A stretch of 63,961 nt of DNA, the filler included, from Stramenopiles sp. TOSAG23-2 (taxonomy: Eukaryota): the NCBI GenBank assembly GCA_900128395.1. It is 3 parts of 3 records of this genome, joined end to end, with 100 filler letters (N's around TTAATTAATTAA, not from the genome) between each part and the next. Parts side by side here need not be neighbours in the genome. Positions count along the whole stretch, not along the records: positions 22,328 to 44,551 come from LT649518.1; positions 44,652 to 63,961 come from LT649585.1; 1 more part is not named here. The stretch is one strand, 5' to 3'. The position numbers and the translations under genes were made by a program. The notes beneath the pieces were generated by a model. That model was not told the origin of the DNA, made no database searches, and saw only the letters and a list, made by a program, of their open reading frames with translations. This document shows positions 43,301-50,700 of this stretch, piece after piece; positions within the stretch are counted from its first letter, which is position 1; every line of letters begins with the position of its first letter.

Positions 43301-44544
43301 AGTGTATCTCCAATTTCCCAATAGCATCTATCCCCAGATGATTTCGTTTCCCGGAATGTGCAGCAACCGTCTCCATCTTCCATCGCTTTAGCTTTACAAG
43401 CAGCATGGCATCCTGATTTCGTATCTGCTGTTAATTTTTCCGCTGACCACGTTTGACCAGAGCAATAATATTGCTTTTGAAAATCGCCACATTTTGGTTC
43501 TTTTCTATGGTCATACACTCCTTCATGCCATTTAGTCGGGCCATAACTTTTGTAAATTTCATTTCCATGTTGAATAGCAAAATAACCTTCCCTTTCCCCA
43601 CTCGCAGTTAATTCACTTAAAAAGTCATCAAACCATTTACTTATTCCCTCCTTATCATTTGGCTTGGCTCTATTGCCAACTTTACCAGGCATCACTCTAT
43701 GATTGTTATCTTGATATACACCTTCAAATTCTATTTTACAACCTTGTTTTATTTCTTCCATATCCATTCCAACGCATTGTTTGCCCCTTCCTACTTGTAC
43801 TAATGATTTCGCCGATGTCGTGGACGTCGCAGGGAATGTTTGAAGTTTACAATTGAATTCGTCAACGCAACGCAGACCAGTTGAATTGCAAAATTTTGTC
43901 CCTGCAACACCATCAATAAGCTTCACAATAAAATCAACGGAAGTCCCACTATTTGTTTTTGGATCGTATACATAAATTTGCATTGGAATTAGACCCTCCA
44001 AATTTGTAGTCCATGTTATAACCCCTGTATCATTATTTAAAATTGCACCCCGATCATTTCCATTTTCACATTCATATGAAAAGAACCACGCCCATGCACT
44101 TTCACACATCACAGCACCATCTACCCATTCGTATTTTAAAGCCCTACCATCACCTGTGGATGCGCTTACTTTTGCTGTCATTGGATCTCCAGTACCAGAG
44201 CTCATGGTTAATAAAGGAAATATAGAAGCTTTTGGACTTGCCCCGTATGCCTTAAATTCAGTGACATTGACAGTAGTATAAAACGTGTAATCGTCCCAAG
44301 AACCTATACGACAGCAACTTTGTACTTTGATTTTAAAAAGCCCATTATTATTATCTAAAGTGTCATTTAAAAAAGCTTCATCATATGTATGTTTCATAAA
44401 TCCTCTTGAATCTGACCAATCATCATTGGATGATTCGCCAAAGAAGATTCCACCAGGTGTTACAGTTAAATTTTGCAATCTATCCGAATCTTGATCACCC
44501 CAATATAAGCTATCCCATACTCCGTAGGTATCACCAACTTCCAT
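34186..44544 (-). CDS. Giant cadherin-repeat multidomain extracellular protein (partial; native frame probably ends ~34219)
   Basis: Cadherin repeats (DVNEAP, LNFE, DPD), discoidin (YSSVWS..GHARSTLDSKQAWSA), F-type-lectin-like (ISKIVLYNRADG..RLKGA), ILEI/GG-like (GINIAVLN..KTFD..RNSYVLFGRKG) and Cys-rich modules. Open to the contig edge. Confidence 0.9.
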   Translation of the reverse strand: MEVGDTYGVWDSLYWGDQDSDRLQNLTVTPGGIFFGESSNDDWSDSRGFMKHTYDEAFLNDTLDNNNGLFKIKVQSCCRIGSWDDYTFYTTVNVTEFKAYGASPKASIFPLLTMSSGTGDPMTAKVSASTGDGRALKYEWVDGAVMCESAWAWFFSYECENGNDRGAILNNDTGVITWTTNLEGLIPMQIYVYDPKTNSGTSVDFIVKLIDGVAGTKFCNSTGLRCVDEFNCKLQTFPATSTTSAKSLVQVGRGKQCVGMDMEEIKQGCKIEFEGVYQDNNHRVMPGKVGNRAKPNDKEGISKWFDDFLSELTASGEREGYFAIQHGNEIYKSYGPTKWHEGVYDHRKEPKCGDFQKQYYCSGQTWSAEKLTADTKSGCHAACKAKAMEDGDGCCTFRETKSSGDRCYWEIGDTLRASIYDWKYSMECTGPLEEYSSTHAQKYGLISSTKSSGGRSDNNLNLIIDGCDGIMDIAGGGWENAVYKVSLGKGIPVVNENTNKIRFIHRAENEFLHLMEFEIYDNDNNKIDLSSATGALSSQYYNPDDLSLDYTASKAFDGVKGLVASSPSGLGSGYESDFSSNDMNGWSCKEITDCGTYGNICGGYKKTGKNDKIEKTFTGLTPGESYTITLDFIALDSWDGEKAIIKINDEECDWIVDGDTFDPKFKWIRQGKPGRVKVCGHSHWPDQHVRVSCTKMITKSDATVVVTTKLNQGKNDESFAIDNVVFDKTGGNSNFFSTNKDDVVNNIGSWAEFTLPSEVAISKIVLYNRADGGYNTRLKGALIELIDSNENIQNATILTSELIQTITYTKESKGVQVATTAMQTFDAISSNLKYADTKFLACKIFPGGVGNREDMPSRCYRPIYNGMDVGGSAPDFFCNQRYSDKDTSYVTDADWDLYMMHEQGELCVADQSPTLSGIPTTVVEVKTGETIRVPIVIKDVNAFSSLRLIASNTPSSATFEPPLPALIDLVKNSQVINPGEFNRYYSSVWSKNAKGTGHARSTLDSKQAWSAETKNEENEYMIIDALKEYYIVGAVIMGRAKGRYDNQKVTQIQVSIGNSMVNQTTWTDVGQYNCEPSSGDDKVNVYFDTAVKGRYVKLKADAWENHVSMRAGLIVSPITNHQFTGQGIGELKGDFVWTPAQNSEGFYDINFEGRSGFYDEVPVYGTLHLQVVPNQLPPTNIGIIGRASVDENSRDGVKIVSFFTEDENQDDVHTYSLLQGTEHFKIVENELQSLSNAIDFENDQYVVIKVESNDGTYTISKAFNITINDVNEKPIGLTLSRNTIKENSKRGTVIANLSAIDLDKTLDQHWVHTFELISGRFRQGRKMRKNSYSPFEIIGSSLIQNVNYLDYEEKQTYALTIKVTDSGNLHHIENVIIDVEDVNEAPTSIATSGKIIILWAQYGSNCNGGIFCNETAAGSCLCRDSVCRDIQSSCDTKLYCDYQIKEDKFNLSPSRQSGCDEDYIVAYKCGQKGNVTHAYIGSPAVNETVFFECPEHASVMENAETGTVVTTISSSDPDTLQSQSFTYSLPLPTKNGSPFYVDGDLLKVNYSTPSLNYEDRTSVGVKIMVTDSGTPPLSFTKSVIIAIENVLENPTMDNTFTMTVVEESRVGTVVGTVDATAESEIKFSIEYGDTEYFGVHSCSGTIYVKKRLKMLSRQSVYSLTVRATSEGSKDQNVTINVAMKNRAPIAPGVPISLFVPEDSVAGHTIVDLHSYAFDPNDGDTLFFTILNGNDFGQFYIDSEGRLMVGNIELNFEVESRFPLKINVIDAAGLIDTFDVIVYVTNRNDAPHIVTYELDVLENSVNGIVVGTIEVFDEDNRNQDMAYSILSGNDAGAFDIDSAGTITVATSSALNFESASTTFDLNIQVQDTSSNFGAKSFTTADIIGTLGGNWSKNSRAYLHVLEDGGTTQLVNASLISDFGIKLTFDGVISPGQPDPRDFTAVVGSTSVNVTDAIIDSTCTMCVKLILDSSSSLYDKYVIISYNEFGPAKQSNARIIVHVQDVAETPVIDFGSDGLNFTVSENAAPSSYISEPLMKYTSDEDHASSYTYSITDTNRLGMFFIHPKDGRIGVVARNSNLNFEKISSYGITIRATDNEGLYAEISTHVLVIDENEKPRIAPHHYIRYIVENSAIGSTPVIATDGVTHSDANNTKDQFCTIDEDSGAEGEMNVTLMDESNLFELNATYQTSCYVFSLINDDLNFESDALKFKGGYYTMEILVEDGGEPSLTASLHAEVFIVDENEAPSFPKLSEGVDGTISLNIYSETEVGEEVGPMLFAQDEDNGDEIKYKVSGGSNEFILKNSSVSGGGAVLVVNQALSASKIQLIVTATDMDGLEDTITLNITIMNSNRPPNVTSALFYVAEDIAPGSSIATLNGNDPDLDNIAYSIAAGDVDGLFNINEVTGTITYQENIISSNDLNFERVSDYSLVVQAVDDSTNPLETYAVINITVLDVNEPPVLKDEEMHVMENTFSATVALFKLFATDPDANEQLLYSLEEYDLPLHTSIRQVQLSGAFNTNNGTSNGARPNNIVSTTLSRDSMPFKINAGTGEIFLRNRGLDYEEEEEYTISTRVTDSGFLQSDATLKIHVKDVNEAPILSDNEAYVPENSIVGITVGEPMAFFDQDYGQSHEFSIEEGNEDGIFSIDNNGQITVLKDKVDYESDSMFALKIKITDSGVAMNNRLSDTATMTIYVIDVNEAPTFPFGSNRVRYVPEKSSGGTLVGDAVAAIDIDQSQSIRYSMKQLNLADSEQCPCSYDTPCLKTNEYVDNTWFASAGEHSWSTCASGFGIAGIVKSSSCKSADCIESSLCRHGLDMATCYNANWDEDTPCSNGYYLHGIGRNFTVTTDMSALTGGVCCKLQDFSDAYGSCTDVSFTSTLKEWPVCPDNFLLTGIRRANLGNTIDDIIGFQCCSPPSNALPTVIPECQGKIDNFGLAASSTSTRTTCSIGTVDCSASSSSNVGETRKWRLVYRQTIEPFCKDNEVYALTSDRENTQMIIHGKTLDVEKGINIAVLNAETQELEERKTFDIYSSYDENANLLNFLRSITNGKIVIIVTNARKMEWMLSTSDYMKYKKLQRKLKYTIRGLGAGNNFRYWHLTQRNSYVLFGRKGASTGSMIEKIQKSDGKDAVPTAATISCTDINIASQFEYNDPNSPNFSVLAKLENYRNQDGQFLFKMQWPRMTPNSKYPKDHIIWKQSKNPFDGVGSMEKIDVQYEYFNGLQPGNIDGGQWKMGEPGSSCDETCKKYNLRCNSEMQKSIDSENKLREAFQEAGYECASVGGSRDYDGSPFSTGRDGDDCYYFTPGSTKKSSCTGNNYGHHSPLCSCGSGSNSLLDDGNGKFALGSSAIGSSNGATNSGEFLSASSSKIINGIAAVDLDKMKLTGASMAGAYISPVVDKCRGWTCSKAGAYCPGNSPGSKGDGYCCNNNKWVYGKCTGKEVVVKFHRMSTSSLST

Positions 44545-44551
44545 ATTACCT

Positions 44552-44651
44552 NNNNNNNNNNNNNNNNNNNNNNNNNNNNNNNNNNNNNNNNNNNNTTAAT
44601 TAATTAANNNNNNNNNNNNNNNNNNNNNNNNNNNNNNNNNNNNNNNNNNNN
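44552..44651. other. Artificial contig linker (44 N + TTAATTAATTAA + 44 N)
   Basis: Identical to the first linker. Confidence 0.99.
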
Positions 44652-44737
44652 TATATATTTATATATTATTAAAATCAATTGTATTTTATATAATATAATT
44701 TATATAATATTTTGTTAATACAAAAAAAAAAAAAAAA

Positions 44738-47700
44738 ATGATATCATATAATAAAATATTGATAGTGTTAATTGCTTTCATTTTTGCCTCTAGTGTATAT
44801 TCTTCAGATGTTAGATATGGTGTTCGTAAAGCACCACAAGTTAACTCTGCGGAAGGTACAGCGGATGCACTTATGAAAAGTGAATTAGATATAGGGAGTG
44901 ATTTAGACGTTGGTGCAGCTTTAGCTAGAGCAGAAGCTGTTCAAAGAAAATCAAAGGAAGAGTTTCGTTTTAAACAAGAGGAAACACAACCAAAATTACA
45001 TAATACAATAGTAAAAAGTGGTGCGGCGCCAAAACTTGCTGCTGCCCCTCCTGCTATGGAAATGCCACAGCACAAGCAACATAGTAGCATTTTTGCACCA
45101 CAAAAGCATAGTTTGTTTAGTTGGGCACGTTCATTTGTTGAACCAAAAGCAAAGGTGCAACATAAAGAACAACATGCTCATCAACATAGTGTAAAAAATA
45201 GTTATATAAAAGCAGCAAATAGTTTGAAACATCGTCAGCATGCTGCCCCGGTTAGACAACAAGAACAGCATCGGTTTGTACAAACAAACTTGAACGTGCA
45301 AGAGGCAGCTTCACCTAAGCCTGCTCCTATGCCTGCTCCTGCTGCTGATCTAGATCGACCATCCAACGAAACTAATAAAACACAAGCTGCTACTGGCGTA
45401 CATGAACTTGTCAGTACGTTAAGTGGTTCCTTCGTTGTGTCTGGTTTATCGGATCAAATGGAATTAAAACGCCTTGATAATTTTGGTAAAAAAGCATTGG
45501 CTGCTGTTACGAACTATACGAAAGATTCCGGCAAAGGAATCATCGTCGTAGATGCAATGTTGATGGAATTAAAGTTGAAAAAAGTTGCAGAGTCACCACC
45601 AGTAAAAATTGTAAGTTTAAATGAGACAAATGGTACAAATGTTACGGAGTTAAACGGTGAGGACAACGATGTTGCAAGTGAAGAAAACATCAATAAAATT
45701 ATTGATGGCGATAGTACATCTATGCTTATTGATTTAGATCAAAGCAAAGGGTTGAGTGTTCGTATGAACTTTGCAATCCGTGGGATCCGTATGGAATCAA
45801 AGGAATGGTTAAGTGAAGCGAAAGATAGTATTCAAAGTTTAGTAATAGTACCAAAAGGAGTAAACGAGACGAACGAGACTATGTTGGCACGAGAAAAATC
45901 AACAGCATTGCTAAAGAAATTTCAAGCAGTGTTTGCTGCATATGGCAATGTGACAGTGTCACAAATGGTAATATCGGAGTTCCGTGGGGAATCATTTGAT
46001 GTATGCCCATCGTTATGTAGTGGCAATGGTGTCTGTGAAGCGTCTGGCGCATGTAAATGCAAAGACGGCTATGCTGATGCTGATTGTTCCGATGAAAGAT
46101 GTATTGGTGGTTGTGGAAGACATGGTCAATGCAATGAGACTGCTAAAGAATGCATGTGTGACAATGGTTTTGCAGGGGAAAAATGCGAAAAAGAAGCATG
46201 TCCAAATCAATGTAGTAAACATGGTATGTGCGAGAAAAAATCTGGTGATTGTATTTGCCATCAAGATTGGCAAGGATATGATTGTTCCACACCAAGATGT
46301 ACAAAGAATTGTAGTAACCATGGTACATGTACCGCTACACCTGCAGGTCCTGTCTGTACTTGTGATCAAGAATGGAGTGGTGATTATTGTAATACCCCAG
46401 CTTGCCCAACAAGCGAGAAAACGTTAGAGAAACAATGTTCCGGCAATGGTAAATGCGAAAGTGGAAAATGCATCTGCCGTTCCGGTTTCGTTGGAGAAGA
46501 TTGCAGTGAGGAATATTGTCCAGCAAATTGTAACGGAAAAGGTGTTTGTAAAAACTGGGCCTGTGAATGTTTTGATGGATATGAAGGTGTATCATGCAAT
46601 CGCAAATCATGTGCAACTGGTTGTGAGAAACATGGTGCTTGTGAAAATGGTACATGCATCTGTAACAAAGGTTTCACTGGCAGTGCATGTCAAAAGTTGA
46701 TTTGTAAAGCAGATTGTAATGGTAGAGGTTTATGTATCAATACCAAAGCATGTGTGGCACATTCTGACAATTGTACCAAAGAACATCAATGCAAATGTGA
46801 ACAAGGATACGGTGGTGAAACATGTGAAAAGAAACTATGCCCAGGAAGTTGCGGTGCAAAATATGGTGGTAAATCTGGACAGTGTGATTATGCCACTGGT
46901 GTCTGCAATTGTGGTGTTAATTTCTACGGTATGGAATGCCAATATTTGCGTTGCCCAAGCAGAGGTGGTCCAAGAAGTGGATGTAGTGGCCATGGCAGAT
47001 GCGACGGGAAAGGAAAATGCCAATGTGATGCTGGTTGGATCCCAGGCCTTCGTAAAGATTGTAATTGGAAAGCATGTCCTTTTTCATGCAGTGGCAACGG
47101 CGCTTGTTTGAATGGTACGTGTACATGTAATGATGGATTTACCGGTAAAAGATGTAATATTGCGGAATGCCCTGGTGAGACACCATGTAGCAGCCGCGGT
47201 ATTTGTAATAGCACGGATGGTACTTGTTCATGTAAACAAGGGTTTACCGGACCTGCATGTCAATTAACTGCTTGCCCTATGAATTGTAATGGCAAAGGTG
47301 ATTGCGATAAAAATGGCAAATGCGTTTGTCATGCCGGTTACAGTGGAGACGATTGCTCTACAAGATATGTAGTTCATGGCGAAATTTTAGATGAAGCCAA
47401 AGGTATTGTCGAGTGTTACCATGGATATGGTGGCCCAGATTGTAATACTAAATTGTGCCGCTCCAACTGTTCCCACCGTGGTATTTGTGTGCAAGGTACG
47501 TGTTACTGTAAACCATCCTGGACCGGTGATCATTGCCAACATGCTGCATGCCCAAATGAATGTTACTACAAAGGTGAATGTAAATTAGGTGTGTGCAAAT
47601 GTGACGAAGGTTATCGTGGTGTGGATTGCTCCAGACGCCATGTAGAAAATGGTGTATGCCACGTAGCAACCGGTGAATGCGAATGCAATAAAGTTGCAGA

Positions 47701-50700
47701 GAAAGGTGCAGCGTTCAAAGGACAAATGTGGACAGGTGAAAGTTGTAATCATAAAACATGCTTGAACAATTGTACAAATTCCAAACATGGTACTTGCAAT
47801 GGTAAATTAGGTGTATGCGAATGTGATCCTGACTGGATGGGTATTTCATGCGAAAAGCATGCTTGTCCATATGCATGTCATGGTAACGGTTTGTGCAAAG
47901 AAGGCACTTGTGAATGTAACGATATGTGGGGTGGTGAAGCGTGCGAACAACGTTTGTACTGGTGCCCGTTGGACTGTAATAAAAATGGTGATTGTGTGAA
48001 GAAAACAAATAAGAATGGCACAGCAACACATTCCTGTAAATGTAATGCTTTACCAGAGAAAGTTGTCGGTGGAAAACGATTGACCGCTATGTTCCCTGGA
48101 CAAAAATACAAAGGATCTACATGCGCGGAATTAAGTTGTCCACTTGGTCCTAAAGGCAATGAATGCTCTGGCAAAGGTGTTTGCTCTAAGGGTAAATGTA
48201 CATGTAACAATTTATTTGGTGGAAAAGCATGTCAGTTATCTGTATGTAAAGATGCTTGCCATTACAACGGTGCATGTGTGCACAAAAAAGGCAGTGATGC
48301 AGCTACATGTAATTGTGATGATGGCTGGACGGGAGAAACATGTGGATTAAAACAATGTTTAGGTCGTGGTAAATGCAGCGGGCATGGTACATGCGATGAG
48401 AAATCCTCGACGTGTAAATGCCATGCAGGGTGGAGTGATAAAAAATGTTCGACTCCTAAATGCCCAGCTAACTGTAACGGCGAATCCCATGGTGTCTGCA
48501 CAGCTAAAGGTTGTGCGTGTAAACCAGGCTGGACGGGTGATACATGTGGTCAAAGAAGTTGCCCATTGCAATGCAGTAAGGCCGGGGCATGCGTTGATGG
48601 TAAATGTAAATGCGATGACTACCATACTGGAGAATATTGCCAAAATCGTAAATGCTTAAAAGATTGCAATGGACATGGAGTATGTGATAAAAAGACATTC
48701 ACATGTAATTGCGCTCCTGGGTTCAAAGGCGAAGCTTGCGAAAAAACTACTTGTGGCCATTCATGTGGAAAACACGGTACTTGCGTTGTTGATGACGCGG
48801 GTGTGACTGCAAAATGCCAATGTGATCCTGGTTACACTGGTGGTCTATGCGAGCAAACATGCAACTGTAATGATCGCGGTGTTTGTGGCATGTCATCTAA
48901 AGGTGTACCAAAATGCATCAAATGTGATGCTGGATACGGCGGGGAACATTGCGAAAAACAATGCCCTAATAAATGTAGTGGTCATGGTGAATGTGACAGT
49001 ACAGGCAAATGCACATGCAACCAAGGATTTGTAGGTGTATCATGTGTCTTAAAAGCATGTCCAAAACAATGTTCTGGGCATGGTCTTTGCCAAAAAACTG
49101 GCTTCTGTAAATGCTCAGATGGATATGCAGGTGATGCGTGCGATGTTTTCTTTTGGAGATGTGAAAAGAACTGCAACAACCACGGTACTTGTATTAAAGG
49201 GAACAATGGCAAACATAAGTGTGAATGTGATTCGAAATGGGCCGGTGAATTGTGTGATGTAGAAGTTTGCGACCCAGTATGTAAAAATGGCGGCGTGTGC
49301 AAGAACCAAACATGTTTATGTACTAGAGGTTTCGCTGGTAGAACATGTAATCTTCGTGTTTGTCCAAAGAACTGCATGCAACATGGACGTTGTTTAAGCA
49401 ATGGTAGATGCAAATGCGATCCTGGTTTCAAAGGAAAAGCATGTTCGATCCGTTACGTAGTAAATGGTAAATGCAGCATAGTATCAAAAAAATGCACTTG
49501 TTTTGAAGTTGATTCCGTTAACGCTACATTCGCAGGACAACGCTGGCGTGGACCTGCATGTTTAGCAAAAACTTGTCCAAATAATTGTACTTCACCGGTA
49601 AATGGAGTCTGCCAAGCAGATGGCCATTGTGCGTGCCATAAAGGTGAATGGACTGGCAGAGATTGTTCAGTTCCTGTATGCCCTAACTTGTGCTCTGGAA
49701 AAGGTAAATGCCGTCAAGGTGCATGTAAATGTGACGAAGGATACTCTGGTAAAGATTGTTCTACCTTCGACTCACAATACGAATGCCCTAAAGCATGTAA
49801 CCAACGTGGTGCATGCGTGGATAAAAAATGCAAATGTAAAATTGGATTTGAAGGCAAAGCATGTGAATTTATCAAGTGTCCTGCTAAATGTAGTATCCAT
49901 GGCCGATGTGCTAGAGATGGAACTGGTGCACCGATTTGCGTATGTAAAGCCGGGTACACTGGTATTGCATGCATGAAAACGTGTCGTGGTGGACCAACAT
50001 GTAGCAAGAATGGTATTTGTTCTGTATCGAACGGCACAGCAACTTGTGTTTGCGAACAAGGTTTTGCTGGAAAAGCATGCCAACTTTCTTGCCCAGACAA
50101 ATGTAGTGGACGTGGCGCTTGCTATGTAACTGCAGCTGGCTTGCCTGAGTGTGCATGTCGTGGTGGGTACAGTGGTTGGTCATGCGAGAAAAAACCTTGT
50201 CCAAGGGAATGCTCTCAACACGGTATATGCAATGAAGGAAAATGTACCTGTGAAGCTGATTACACTGGCGATGATTGTTCCACGAGAAGATGCTCCAACG
50301 ACTGTTCAGGAAAAGGCGCGTGCAGTGGTGCACCAGACTACAAATGTATTTGCCAAAACGGTTTTACTGGTGAAGACTGCAAGGAAAAAGTTAGTTGCAT
50401 CAACGATTGCTCTGGCCATGGTGAATGCTCAATGGTGAAACAAGGCAAGGCTGTAGTAGCGAAATGCGTTTGTGAATTTGGTTTTGGTGGATTAGATTGT
50501 AGCGGTAAAGTATGCGCTAAAGATATTACCGGTAGAGAATGTGCAGGTAAAGGTGAATGCAAAAATGGTTTATGTAAATGCCAACCTGGTTTCAGTGGAG
50601 ATGCATGTAATGTTCATGATTGTAAATCTGCTGCAAATGGCAAATCATGCTCAGGGAATGGATTCTGTAATGAGAAAGGTACATGTGTATGCGATTCAGG

